In this document: piece by piece, positions 18,784 through 28,384 of the stretch
How the letters are laid out: every line of letters begins with the position of its first letter
How positions within the stretch are numbered: position 1 is the first letter of the stretch
NCBI GenBank assembly: GCA_965223855.1
Contig: CBDCXM010000009.1
Span: 1,344,001 to 1,408,000, forward strand
Length of the DNA: 64,000 bases
Direction of reading: 5' to 3'
Source: Candidatus Multivoradales bacterium
Lineage (GTDB): Bacteria > Acidobacteriota > Thermoanaerobaculia > Multivoradales > JAHEKO01
Made by a program: the position numbers and the translations under genes
Notes under the pieces: generated by a model
What the model was told of the DNA's origin: nothing
What the model saw: only the letters and a program-made list of their open reading frames with translations
Databases searched by the model: none

Positions 18784-19224
18784 TTAGTACCAGAACATGT
18801 CGATCTCGCGCTGTGTCGGGATCGAGACGTTCTTGACTTCCATGCCGATCTTGTCCTTCGCCTGGCGGAGCTCGTCGAACACGTCGACCATGAACCCGTA
18901 CTCCGCCTCCTGGTTGGACCGGATGATGACCGGCTTCATCGGATTGCGCTCGAGCTTCGGCTTGAGGTAGTCGAGGATCTGGTCGAGCGGCTTGGGCTGA
19001 CCGTCCACGATCAGCGTGCCCCCGGGCTGAATCTCGATCAGCACCGACTCCTCCTTGTCGACGAGCGGAGTGTCGTCCTGCTCGTCTTTCGGGAGCGAGA
19101 AGTCGAGACCGCGAGTGGCCGCGAAGGTGGTCGTCACCATGAAGTAGATGATCAGCAGGAAGGCGATATCCGCCATCGACGACGTCGGGATCTCGTCACT
19201 GATCGGGGTGCGTTTGATCTTCAT
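18784..19224 (-). CDS. exbD: ExbD/TolR family protein (copy 2)
   Basis: IPTSSMADIAFLLIIYFMVTT; YGFMVDVFDEL. Confidence 0.93.
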   Translation of the reverse strand: MKIKRTPISDEIPTSSMADIAFLLIIYFMVTTTFAATRGLDFSLPKDEQDDTPLVDKEESVLIEIQPGGTLIVDGQPKPLDQILDYLKPKLERNPMKPVIIRSNQEAEYGFMVDVFDELRQAKDKIGMEVKNVSIPTQREIDMFWY

Positions 19225-19225
19225 C

Positions 19226-19669
19226 CTAGCCTCCGTCGGTTCCGCCGCCGTCGACCTGCTCCTGCTCCGACAGCAGATAGATCACCTCGGCGCGCGCCTG
19301 TTTGAGCGCATCGATGACGCCATCGACGTAGCGGTACGGGACGTCCTTGTCCGCCTTGAGCACGAACACCTTGCCCGGGTTGCTGGCGACGACGTCGACC
19401 GCAAACGACAGCACGTTCTCCGGGCCCGGGACGACGACACTGACCTCTTCGCCGCTCGAGACGCGGATGGCGCCGTTCTTGGTGACCGAGATGTAGGCGG
19501 ACTTCTTGGGAATCTCGAACCTCAGGCCCGACTTCGGCAGCGCGACCTGCGCCTTGTCCACCTCGAAGTTGATCGTCACCATGAAGAAGATGATCAACAG
19601 GAAGGCGATGTCCGCCATCGAGGCGGTCGGGATGCCTTCGTTCTGGGTGCCGCGAACCTTGAGTTTCAT
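19226..19669 (-). CDS. exbD: ExbD/TolR family protein (copy 1)
   Basis: IPTASMADIAFLLIIFFMVT; LKADKDVPY..VDGVIDAL. Confidence 0.93.
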   Translation of the reverse strand: MKLKVRGTQNEGIPTASMADIAFLLIIFFMVTINFEVDKAQVALPKSGLRFEIPKKSAYISVTKNGAIRVSSGEEVSVVVPGPENVLSFAVDVVASNPGKVFVLKADKDVPYRYVDGVIDALKQARAEVIYLLSEQEQVDGGGTDGG

Positions 19670-19677
19670 GGAGTGGC

Positions 19678-20343
19678 CTAGGCCTTGCCGCCCGAGTCCG
19701 GCGTGATCCCGCCGCGCTCCATCTCACCGAAGGTCTCGAGGAGCATGTTGGTGGAGGTCTCGACGTCGCGCACGAACTTGTTGATCTTGTTCATGAAGAA
19801 GTTGTAGGCGAGCTGCACCGGGATGGCGATCGCGAGGCCGGCTGCGGTTGTGGTCAGCGCCTCCTTGATACCCGTTGCGACGAGACCCGGGTTCGACAGG
19901 CCCGCTTCGGCCAGCGCGTCGAACGAACTCATCATGCCGGCGACCGTGCCGAAGAAGCCGAGGAGCGGAGCGACGTTGGCGACGGTGGCGAGCCAGACCA
20001 TGTTCTTCTCGAAGCGGCCGATCTCGAAGAACGCGGCGTTCTCGATCGTCTTCTCGACCTCGTCCTTCGGGTGGCCGTACTTGAGGAGGCCGGCCTTCAT
20101 GATCGAGGCGACTGGACCGGGATAGTCCTCGCACACCTTGGTGGCCTGCTTGATCGAACGGTTCACGATCAGGCTCTTGCGGATCTTGGCCAGGAACTCG
20201 TTGACGTTGGTCTTGGCCTTCCGGAGAGCGAACCAGCGCTCGATGATGAAGATGAGTCCGACGAGCGAGAAGCCGAGCAGGGGATACATCGTCAACCCGC
20301 CCTGCTTGAAGATCGTAAACATCGTACTGGCGAATCCGTCCAC
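19678..20343 (-). CDS. exbB: MotA/TolQ/ExbB proton channel protein
   Basis: GGLTMYPL, APLLGFFGTVAGM, GIKEALTTTAAGLAIAIP. Confidence 0.95.
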   Translation of the reverse strand: MDGFASTMFTIFKQGGLTMYPLLGFSLVGLIFIIERWFALRKAKTNVNEFLAKIRKSLIVNRSIKQATKVCEDYPGPVASIMKAGLLKYGHPKDEVEKTIENAAFFEIGRFEKNMVWLATVANVAPLLGFFGTVAGMMSSFDALAEAGLSNPGLVATGIKEALTTTAAGLAIAIPVQLAYNFFMNKINKFVRDVETSTNMLLETFGEMERGGITPDSGGKA

Positions 20344-20545
20344 GGTGGAGCCTCCTCTAGAGTGTGTAGACCCCGGATCCCGGGGTCGAGTTCCTCAACA
20401 GAACCATTCCGCCCGCGCGGGCCTTCGAGACGCTCCGGAATCGACCGGTGTTGCGCCTCCGAGAAGAATGGACTGTGTTGCTCAAAACAGACGGGGAGCC
20501 TAGCACAGGCCCGGAAGGCGTCCCAAGAAAATCGGGCGCTCCAGG

Positions 20546-21049
20546 TCAGCGGGCCGAGGATTCGACGGCGGCGTCGAAGCGGCGTCTCTGAGCGGCGCAA
20601 ACGGCGACCGCGAGAGCGTCGGCGGCATCCTCGGCGAGCTCCCGTCCCGCGAGGCCGAGCAGTCGCCGCACCATGCTCTCGACCTGGTCCTTGGCGGCCC
20701 TGCCGTTGCCGGTCACTGCGCTCTTGACCTCGGCCGGAGCGAACTCCACCACTCTGACGCCGCGGCGGCCGACCGACCCGAGGATCGCCCCCCGGGCCTG
20801 CGAGAGCACCATCAACGAGCGAGGGTTCATGCCGAGGAAGGTCGACTCGACGGCGACCAGGTCGGGACGGGCCAGATCGAGAAGCTCCTCGAGATCGGTG
20901 ACGAGGCTCGCCAGACGGGCGGGGAGAGAGCTGCGGGGATCGGCGCGCAGGCGGCCGAACTCCAGCGCCTCGAGGCTGGAGCGGGAGCCGCAGCGGACCA
21001 GGCCGAAGCCGGTGAAGCGACTCCCGGGGTCGATCCCTAGGATCCGCAT
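20546..21049 (-). CDS. ruvC: Holliday junction resolvase RuvC
   Basis: ILGIDPG, VAVES, QARG, VKSAVTGNGRAAKDQV, DAADALAVA. Confidence 0.97.
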   Translation of the reverse strand: MRILGIDPGSRFTGFGLVRCGSRSSLEALEFGRLRADPRSSLPARLASLVTDLEELLDLARPDLVAVESTFLGMNPRSLMVLSQARGAILGSVGRRGVRVVEFAPAEVKSAVTGNGRAAKDQVESMVRRLLGLAGRELAEDAADALAVAVCAAQRRRFDAAVESSAR

Positions 21050-21056
21050 CGGCCGC

Positions 21057-21806
21057 TCAGCTCTCGGCCGCCGCCAGGAGTTCCGCGGTCACGTTGAGAT
21101 TGGTCCAGACGTTCTGTACGTCGTCCTGGTCCTCGAGCGCATCGACCAGCCGCAGGACTCGAACCGCCTCCTCCGCTTCGAGATCGACCTGGCTTTGCGG
21201 CAACATGGCCAGCGCCTGCGACTCGACCTCGATCCCGTGTTCCTCGAGGCTGTCGCGAACCGCCGCGTAGTCCTCGGCGGCCGAATACAGCTCGTACACG
21301 TCGTCCTCGATCGTGGCGTCCTCGGCGCCGACCTCGAGGGCGATCTCCATCACGTCGTCTTCGGTGGCGTTTCCCCGCTCGACTGCGAACAGCCCGCGCT
21401 TGTCGAACATCCAGGCGACGCAGCCGTTCTCGCCGAGATTGCCGCCGTGTCGGGAGAAGGTGTGACGCAGCTCGGACACCGTGCGGTTCTTGTTGTCGGT
21501 CATCGCCTCGATCAGCACGGCGACGCCTCCAGGGCCGTAGCCCTCGTAGGTCAGCTCCTCGTAGGAGACACCTTCGAGCTGGCCGGTGCCGCGCTGGATC
21601 GCGCGGTCGATGTTGTCGTTCGGGACGTTGGCGTTGCGCGCCTCCTGGATGCCGACCCGCAGGCGGGGATTGCCGTCCGGGTCGCCGCCGCCGAGTCGCG
21701 CGGCCACGGAGACTTCCTTGAGGAGCTTGGTCCACAACTTGCCCCTGCGGCTGTCCGTCACCGCCTTCTTGCGCTTGATCTGCGCCCACTTACTGTGTCC
21801 GGCCAT
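21057..21806 (-). CDS. yebC: YebC/PmpR family protein
   Basis: MAGHSKWAQIKRKK, GDPDGNPRLR, YEGYGPGG, TDNKNRT, LEDQDDVQNV. Confidence 0.97.
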   Translation of the reverse strand: MAGHSKWAQIKRKKAVTDSRRGKLWTKLLKEVSVAARLGGGDPDGNPRLRVGIQEARNANVPNDNIDRAIQRGTGQLEGVSYEELTYEGYGPGGVAVLIEAMTDNKNRTVSELRHTFSRHGGNLGENGCVAWMFDKRGLFAVERGNATEDDVMEIALEVGAEDATIEDDVYELYSAAEDYAAVRDSLEEHGIEVESQALAMLPQSQVDLEAEEAVRVLRLVDALEDQDDVQNVWTNLNVTAELLAAAES

Positions 21807-22004
21807 CTCGATCTCCCGTGCGGCGCCCCGCCGTCGTCGGTTCGATTGTACCTGCCCGCGGCGCTCGAGGATCGTCTCCGGGATGCCTCGAGGACGCCGT
21901 CGCCGCCGGGATCTATGCGGGGATGGCTCCGCGCTAAGTTCCCTCAAACACTGGGCTTTTTGTTGACTGCCGTCGTCGGCGAGTGATAAGAGAAGCGATT
22001 AGGC

Positions 22005-24344
22005 GTGGAACCCAAGGCGATGATTCTGCTGGCGGTCCGGGATCCGGACCGCGATGCCGCTCTCCGTGATCTGTTGACCGCGGAAGGGTACTGGGTGACG
22101 ACCGCCAGGACGCAGGCCGAAACGGTGCGCGCAACGGCGGATCATGCGCCGCGGCTTCTGATCATCGACGCCGATCTGGCGGACGCCACCAGTCTGCTCG
22201 AGGTCCTGCAGCAGCAGGAAGGCGGTCCTGCGACGCTGATTCTCGTCGACGAGCGTGGGGACTTCGAAGCCCAGCAGGTCCTGCTGCGGGGCGCTCCGAA
22301 AGAGGTCGTGCTCGACGCCGTCCGCGGGCGACTCGACGCCCCTCGTCCACGGCAGTCGGGCGGAACGACCGTAGCGGACGAGCAGCTGACCACGAGCGAC
22401 CTCTTTGGCGACATCCTGGTCGGTCTGGGGGAAGCCGAGGACGGGGACGGAGCCATCGATGCGACCACCGACGCATCCGGCGGGGAGCGCGAAGGGCCGG
22501 GCGAAGTCACCGCGAGTGCCGAAGAGCACGAAGCCGAGGAGCCCGCCGAGTCGGAAGAGGAGCCGGAAGCGGCCGAACCGGAGCCGGCCGGCCCCGAGAC
22601 GCCGCAACCGGGACAGCCGGAGTCGCGGGAGGCCGATTCGGAGGGGGAGGAGACGGTGGATCGGGAGCCGCAGACCGTCCCCGCCTCCGAGGTTGCGCCG
22701 GAACCGGAAACGTCACCCGATGCGGGGGATCCGGGCGGCTCCGCGCCGGTCGAGGGCGGGACGGCGGAGGACCCGACCCCGGAGGACGGGGCAGCGAAGG
22801 GAGAGACGGTCGAGGTTTCTCAGGAGAGCGAGACAGGCGAGGTCGGAGACCTCGTCGTGGAGTCCGGCCTCCCCGAGATCGCGGTGGCCGGGACCGACGT
22901 CTCAGAGGTCGAAGCCCCGGAAGTCGAAGCCCCAGAGGTCGAAGCCCCGGAGGTCGAAGCCCCGGAGGTCGAAGCTCCGAAGGTCGAAGCCCCGGAGGTT
23001 GGGGCGGCCGAAGTCGAAGCCCCCGAAGTCGAGCCGCCTGAAGTCGAGGCGCCCGGCGAAGCGGAGGCGCCCCATCTCGAGATCGAGCGCAGGGTCGAGG
23101 ATCTTCTTTCCGGACACATCGACGACCGCGTGATCGACGAGCCGTCTCCGCGCTCTCTCGACGAGGTACTCGCGCTCGCCGACGACTCGCCGGCAGTGGC
23201 GCAAGAGGGAGTCGAGGAATCCGATACCGGATCCGAGGACCCAGGGACACCCGCGGCCGACGTCCGATCGGGTGCCGACGGTCGTGAGCGGGTCGGCGAG
23301 TTCGAGTTGCTGGAGTTGCTCGAGTTCTCGGAATACGTCGAGCGCTGGCGAGCCCGCAGGACGGGAGAGGGGAAGGACGGCAGCGTGCTGATCGAGCGTC
23401 TGCGCCCCGAGTACCGAGGGCGATCCGGAACGGTGGAGACCTTCGTCCAGGGGAACTCTCTGGCGGCGTCGATCGGCGATCCGAGGTTCCTCGAGGTCGT
23501 CGATCTCGGACGGGCCGGCGATGTCGACTACGTCGCCGTCGAGGAGGTTCCGGGTCAGTCGCTCCAGGAGGTCATCCATCGCGTCCGGAGGATGGAAGGA
23601 CGCGTTCCTCTGGGAATCGCGATGCGGGTGGCGGAGCAGGTGGGGCGGGCCCTGCAGGCGATCGGAGAGCGCTCGGGCTCCAGTCGTCATGGCCGTCTCG
23701 TAGCGACCAGCGTGTGGCTCGCCGAGGACGGCCGAGTGCTCCTGAGGGACTTCGGTGCCGAGCGCTCGATCACGGATCATGAGCCTGCGGCTTCCGACTG
23801 GGCGGCCTGGAGATTCATCGCACCCGAGGCCTGGCAGGGGCAGAGCGATCTGCGCTCCGACCTTTTCTCCCTGGGGGCTCTGGTCTACGAGATGGTGACC
23901 GGTCGCCCGATCCGCGAGGCAGACACGCTCAAGGAGCTCGAAGCGCGGATGAAGACCGGGTCCATTGCGCCCGCTCAGGAGGTCGATCCCACTCTGCCGA
24001 CGGGACTCCACGAGTGGGTCATGGAGCTGCTGGCGCCGAATCCGGCCGATCGGCCTGAGGCGATGTCCAAGGTCCTGCGACGCCTGGAGAGGCTGCTCGA
24101 GGAGCTGCCAGCGCGTCCCGGTGACAGGGAGGTGGCCGCCTACCTGCGGCAGCTCTCGGCCGCCCGAGTGCCTGCCGCCCAGCGCGAACGACTGCCGCTG
24201 CGCGAGGAGCTCCCGCCGGTCTCGCAACCGGCTGGAACGGCGGCCGCCCGATCGGGTGGCGGCTTCGATGCCAGGTGGTGGTGGTGGATCGCGGCGCTGC
24301 TCGGTCTGGCCGCCGGCTACCTGCTCTTCATGGCGCTGCGTTGA
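22005..24344 (+). CDS. receiver-like domain, acidic repeat linker, Ser/Thr pseudokinase, C-terminal TM
   Basis: N-terminal receiver-like ILLAV..LLIID; kinase fold with DFG, FIAPE and DLRSDLFSLG, but VAIK reads VLIE and HRD reads HGR. Confidence 0.8.
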   Translation: MEPKAMILLAVRDPDRDAALRDLLTAEGYWVTTARTQAETVRATADHAPRLLIIDADLADATSLLEVLQQQEGGPATLILVDERGDFEAQQVLLRGAPKEVVLDAVRGRLDAPRPRQSGGTTVADEQLTTSDLFGDILVGLGEAEDGDGAIDATTDASGGEREGPGEVTASAEEHEAEEPAESEEEPEAAEPEPAGPETPQPGQPESREADSEGEETVDREPQTVPASEVAPEPETSPDAGDPGGSAPVEGGTAEDPTPEDGAAKGETVEVSQESETGEVGDLVVESGLPEIAVAGTDVSEVEAPEVEAPEVEAPEVEAPEVEAPKVEAPEVGAAEVEAPEVEPPEVEAPGEAEAPHLEIERRVEDLLSGHIDDRVIDEPSPRSLDEVLALADDSPAVAQEGVEESDTGSEDPGTPAADVRSGADGRERVGEFELLELLEFSEYVERWRARRTGEGKDGSVLIERLRPEYRGRSGTVETFVQGNSLAASIGDPRFLEVVDLGRAGDVDYVAVEEVPGQSLQEVIHRVRRMEGRVPLGIAMRVAEQVGRALQAIGERSGSSRHGRLVATSVWLAEDGRVLLRDFGAERSITDHEPAASDWAAWRFIAPEAWQGQSDLRSDLFSLGALVYEMVTGRPIREADTLKELEARMKTGSIAPAQEVDPTLPTGLHEWVMELLAPNPADRPEAMSKVLRRLERLLEELPARPGDREVAAYLRQLSAARVPAAQRERLPLREELPPVSQPAGTAAARSGGGFDARWWWWIAALLGLAAGYLLFMALR
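22905..23054 (+). repeat. 10 x 15-bp tandem repeat encoding EVEAP
   Basis: Consensus GAGGTCGAAGCCCCG, degenerating toward the 3' end. Confidence 0.95.
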
Positions 24345-24432
24345 GGCCGCTTCGCTGAGGCCGAGATTCGCACCTCCGGAACCTCGGGCGGCCCCTCGAG
24401 GCGGTCGCCCCATCAACTGCTAGAGTCCCGTC

Positions 24433-25275
24433 ATGGCCTGGTTCCGCAAGGCGAAGAAGCCCAAGCCGGTGCGCGCCGGACGCAGTCCTGTGCCCCAAGG
24501 CCTCTGGGTCAAGTGTGACGGGTGCCGGGAGATCATCTATTCGCGTGAGCTCGAGAAGAACCATCGCATCTGCCCGAAATGCGGCCATCACTTCAGGATC
24601 GACGTGGCGACGCGCCTCTCGCTGCTGCTCGACGACGGAGAGGGCAAGGAGCTGTTCGCCGGGGTTCACCCGACCGATCCGCTCGGTTTCAAGGACAGTC
24701 AGTCCTACAAGGATCGCCTGTCGCAGTATCAGAAGAAGTCGGGCGCCAAGGATGCCTTGCGGGTGGTCGAGGGGGAGATCGAGGGGATTCCTGTGGTGGT
24801 GGCGGTCATGGACTACGCCTTCATGGGAGGCTCGATGGGGTCGGTCGTCGGCGAGAAGGTGACCCGCGCAGCCGAGCTTGCGGCGGAGACCTCCCGGCCG
24901 CTGATCGTCGTCTCCGCGTCCGGCGGCGCCCGCATGCAGGAAGGTGTGCTGTCGCTGATGCAGATGGGGAAGATCTCGGCGGCGCTGGCCCGGCTGCGGG
25001 AGCGGGGGTTGCCGTACCTCTCCGTCCTCACCGATCCGACGACCGGAGGGGTGACGGCCTCGTTCGCGATGTTGGGGGACCTCAACGTCGCCGAGCCCGG
25101 CGCGTTGATCGGCTTCGCCGGCCCGAGGGTGATTCAGCAGACGATCGGTCAGGAGCTGCCCGAGGGCTTTCAGCGCAGTGAGTTCCTGCTGGAGCACGGA
25201 TTCCTCGACCTCGTCGTGCCTCGGACCGAGATGAAGAGCGTCCTCGCCCGTGCGCTCCGCCATCTGACCGGTTGA
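24433..25275 (+). CDS. accD: acetyl-CoA carboxylase carboxyltransferase beta subunit
   Basis: LWVKC..C zinc finger, FMGGSMGSVVGEK, SGGARMQEG, DPTTGGVTASFA. Confidence 0.98.
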   Translation: MAWFRKAKKPKPVRAGRSPVPQGLWVKCDGCREIIYSRELEKNHRICPKCGHHFRIDVATRLSLLLDDGEGKELFAGVHPTDPLGFKDSQSYKDRLSQYQKKSGAKDALRVVEGEIEGIPVVVAVMDYAFMGGSMGSVVGEKVTRAAELAAETSRPLIVVSASGGARMQEGVLSLMQMGKISAALARLRERGLPYLSVLTDPTTGGVTASFAMLGDLNVAEPGALIGFAGPRVIQQTIGQELPEGFQRSEFLLEHGFLDLVVPRTEMKSVLARALRHLTG

Positions 25276-26612
25276 CCCCCGAGCTCGACTGGGAGGCGCG
25301 CCTCGCGGCGCTCGAGGGGCGGGGAGTTCGCCTCGGTCTCGGAACCGTGAGGCAGGTTCTGGAGACCCTCGGCGGTCCCGAAAGGCGTCTCCCGCACGTG
25401 CTCGTGGCGGGGACCAACGGCAAGGGTTCGGCGGCTGCCGCCCTGACGGCCATCCTCGCCGCGGCCGGCTACCGGACCGGTCTCTACACCTCTCCTCATC
25501 TCGAGAGTGCGCGGGAGCGGCTGAGGATCGACGGGTTGGCGATCGACGATCGGGCGATGGAAGGCAGTCTCGAGCGGGTGCTCGCTGCAGCACGGAAGCT
25601 GAGGCTCGAGCCGCCCACCTACTTCGAGGCGCTGACCCTCGCGGCCTTCTCGGTCTTCGAGGAGGCGGCCGAGATCGCCGTCCTCGAGGTCGGTATGGGG
25701 GGGCGACTCGATGCGACCAACGCCGGCGAGCCGATGCTGTCGGTCGTCACCGAGGTCGGCCTCGACCACCAGGAGTTCCTCGGCGAGGATCTCGCGTCGA
25801 TCGCCCGAGAGAAGGCAGGCGTGCTGAGAGCGGGCCGCCCGGCGGTCGTCGCGACGACCGTGAAGCCTGCCAGGGAAGCGATCGAGATGCGCGGAGAAGC
25901 ATTGGGAGCTCGATTGCACGACGTCGCTGCCGACACGGCATGGAAGAACGTACGGATCGGCAGACGGCTCGAGGGGACCCTCGAGACGCCGACCGACCGT
26001 TACGGGCTCGAGTGTGCGCTTGTCGGAAGGCACCAGCTCCTCAACCTCGCGGCAGCCGTGAGGGCCGCGGAACTGCTCGGCGGGAACGGTTGGGGGAGCA
26101 TCGATCGTCCCGCCATCGAGCGGGGCATCCGTTCGGTGGCGTGGCCGGGACGGCTCGAGTGGGTGGAGCTGGGTCGTGATCGGCGGGCGCTTCTCGACGC
26201 CGCCCACAACCCCGCGGCGGCGCTTGCGCTGGCCGAGTACCTCGACGAGCTCTCGGACCCGCCGCCGACCCTCGTCTTCGGCGCCCTCGGAGACAAGGAC
26301 GTCGCCAATCTCCTGCCGCCGTTGGCTCGACGAGCGGTCCGCGTCGTCCTGACTCGGCCGCAGAGCTCGCGAGCGCTCGCGCCGGAGGCTCTGACGGGCT
26401 GGTGCGCGGGCCGACCGGTCGAGATTCTCGAGGCACCCGAGGAGGCGCTCGCTTCGGCGCTGGGGGCGCCGGGAACGGTGCTCGTCTGCGGCTCGATCTA
26501 CCTCGTCGGCGCCGCCCGGGCCCTGCTGCGAGATCGCTTCGGGCAGCCGCTCCCGGCCGTCGAGGTCGATGTGACCGGGCGTCGAGTCAGGGGAGCGGGA
26601 AGCCGCGACTGA
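25272..26612 (+). CDS. folC: folylpolyglutamate/dihydrofolate synthase
   Basis: [47 protein letters not shown]. Confidence 0.97.
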   Translation: MTPELDWEARLAALEGRGVRLGLGTVRQVLETLGGPERRLPHVLVAGTNGKGSAAAALTAILAAAGYRTGLYTSPHLESARERLRIDGLAIDDRAMEGSLERVLAAARKLRLEPPTYFEALTLAAFSVFEEAAEIAVLEVGMGGRLDATNAGEPMLSVVTEVGLDHQEFLGEDLASIAREKAGVLRAGRPAVVATTVKPAREAIEMRGEALGARLHDVAADTAWKNVRIGRRLEGTLETPTDRYGLECALVGRHQLLNLAAAVRAAELLGGNGWGSIDRPAIERGIRSVAWPGRLEWVELGRDRRALLDAAHNPAAALALAEYLDELSDPPPTLVFGALGDKDVANLLPPLARRAVRVVLTRPQSSRALAPEALTGWCAGRPVEILEAPEEALASALGAPGTVLVCGSIYLVGAARALLRDRFGQPLPAVEVDVTGRRVRGAGSRD

Positions 26613-27882
26613 GCTCGCGGACTTCTTCGCGGACGCTCGTCAGCCTGTCCGCGTCGTCGGGTGCCTCGAGAGCGCGGGCGATCAGCTCGGCGACGCGGTC
26701 CATCTCCTCGAGGCCGAGACCACGCGTCGTGACGGCCGGTGTGCCGATGCGGACACCCGAGGCGACCATCGGAGGGTTCGGGTCGTAGGGGATGGTGTTC
26801 TTGTTGACGGTGATCCCCGCCGCCTCGAGCGCCTTCTCGGCCACCTTGCCGGTCAGCCCCGACGGGGTGACGTCGAGGAGGAAGACGTGGTTGTCGGTGC
26901 CACCGGAAACGATTCGAAACCCTTGAGCCGCCAGGGCATCCGCGAGCCGTCGGGCGTTGGCGACGATGTCGGCCTGATAGAGGCGGAATCCGTCGGTGAG
27001 GGCCTCTCCCAGAGCCACCGCCTTCGCTGCGATGACATGCATCAATGGGCCGCCCTGGATTCCGGGGAAGAGCGCCCGATCGACCGCCTTGGCGTGCTGT
27101 CCGCGGCAGAGGATGAGGCCGCCGCGCGGCCCGCGCAGCGTCTTGTGGGTCGTGGTCGTCACGTAGTCGCAGTGAGGCACCGGCGACGGGTGCTCCCCGG
27201 CGGCCACGAGGCCTGCGATGTGGGCGATATCCGCCATCAGCAGCGCGTCGACCTCGTCGGCGATCCTGCGGAAGGCGGAGAAGTCGATCTGCCGCGAGTA
27301 GGCGCTCGCTCCGCAGATGATGAGCTTGGGCCGGTTCTCGGCCGCGAGGCGCGCCACCTCGTCGTAGTCGATGCGCTCCGTCTCCCGATCGACGCCGTAG
27401 GCCACGACCTCGAAGTCGCGGCCGCTGTAAGAGAGCGGGTGGCCGTGGGTGAGATGGCCCCCGGAGGAGAGGTCCATGCCCATCAGCACGTCGCCCGGCT
27501 CGAGAGCCGAGAAGTAGACCGCCATGTTGGCCTGCGATCCGCTGTGGGGCTGGACGTTGGCGTGCTCGGCACCGAAGAGCTCCAGAGCTCGCTCGATCGC
27601 CAGGCGCTCGACCACGTCTACGTGCTCGCACCCGCCGTAGTAGCGACGCCCGGGATACCCCTCGGCGTATTTGTTCGTCAGCTCACTGCCGGTCGCCTCG
27701 CGAACGGCGGCGCTGACGAAGTTCTCGGACGCGATCAGCTCGAGACCGTCGGTCTGGCGCTGCCGCTCGGCGGCTACCGCTGCGGCGACGGCCGGGTCCT
27801 TCGCGGCCAGGTCTCCGGCTGAAGCCTCCTCGGCGGTCAGGTCTGCGGTCGGGTCTGCGGTCGAGTCTGCGGCCAGGCCCAT
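26587..27882 (-). CDS. glyA: serine hydroxymethyltransferase
   Basis: [47 protein letters not shown]. Confidence 0.99.
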   Translation of the reverse strand: MGLAADSTADPTADLTAEEASAGDLAAKDPAVAAAVAAERQRQTDGLELIASENFVSAAVREATGSELTNKYAEGYPGRRYYGGCEHVDVVERLAIERALELFGAEHANVQPHSGSQANMAVYFSALEPGDVLMGMDLSSGGHLTHGHPLSYSGRDFEVVAYGVDRETERIDYDEVARLAAENRPKLIICGASAYSRQIDFSAFRRIADEVDALLMADIAHIAGLVAAGEHPSPVPHCDYVTTTTHKTLRGPRGGLILCRGQHAKAVDRALFPGIQGGPLMHVIAAKAVALGEALTDGFRLYQADIVANARRLADALAAQGFRIVSGGTDNHVFLLDVTPSGLTGKVAEKALEAAGITVNKNTIPYDPNPPMVASGVRIGTPAVTTRGLGLEEMDRVAELIARALEAPDDADRLTSVREEVRELSRGFPLP

Positions 27883-27885
27883 CTC

Positions 27886-28173
27886 CTACTCTTCGGAGGA
27901 GTCGGAGTCGGCGGCTACGGTGACCGCCTTCTTGGCCGTCTTCTTCGCCGCCTTCTTTGCTGCGGACTTCTTGGCGGCCGTCTTCTTCGCCGCGGCCTTC
28001 TTCTTGGCCGGGCTCTTCTTGGCCGCGCTCTTCTTCGCGGCCGCCTTCTTCGCCGTCTTCCTGGCCGGCTTGCGGGTCGTGCCCGCGGCCTTCAAGGCCT
28101 CGCGGCGCCGCTGCTTGAGCCTCTTGGCACGCCGTTGACGGCGTCGCCTCAGCTCCCGATCCTTTTCGCGCAT
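27886..28173 (-). CDS. small highly basic protein with histone H1-like Lys/Ala tail
   Basis: MREKDRELRRRRQRRAKRLK...(KKAAAKKS)n; TTGACA-N17-CAAGCT upstream; start taken at ATG 28173. Confidence 0.8.
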   Translation of the reverse strand: MREKDRELRRRRQRRAKRLKQRRREALKAAGTTRKPARKTAKKAAAKKSAAKKSPAKKKAAAKKTAAKKSAAKKAAKKTAKKAVTVAADSDSSEE

Positions 28174-28384
28174 GGTGCTCTTGTACCCCCTGAGGTGCTC
28201 AGAATGACGTGCGAGCTTGTCCGAGAGCCGTTGGAGTGTCAAGCGAGCCGCGCGGCCTGGGACGCAGTCGTCTCCTCGATCGTGGCTCCGCCCGGAACCG
28301 TACTCCCTGTCGCGCCCGACAGACCGGAGGCCTACCGGCTCTACCTGGGGGTCGCTGTGTGGCAGCGCCCGGATCCGCAGGCCC

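Noticed and set aside
20546-21806. yebC-ruvC without ruvAB
   Set aside because: Separation of ruvAB from ruvC is common and not informative.
22905-23054. Possible CRISPR-like array
   Set aside because: Spacer-less in-frame coding tandem repeat.
26587-26612. Convergent 3' overlaps (folC/glyA; also 56510-56561)
   Set aside because: Short tail overlaps are ordinary in compact GC-rich genomes.
27835-27875. 12-bp repeats at the glyA N-terminus ([12 protein letters not shown])
   Set aside because: Short low-complexity extension with no sign of function.
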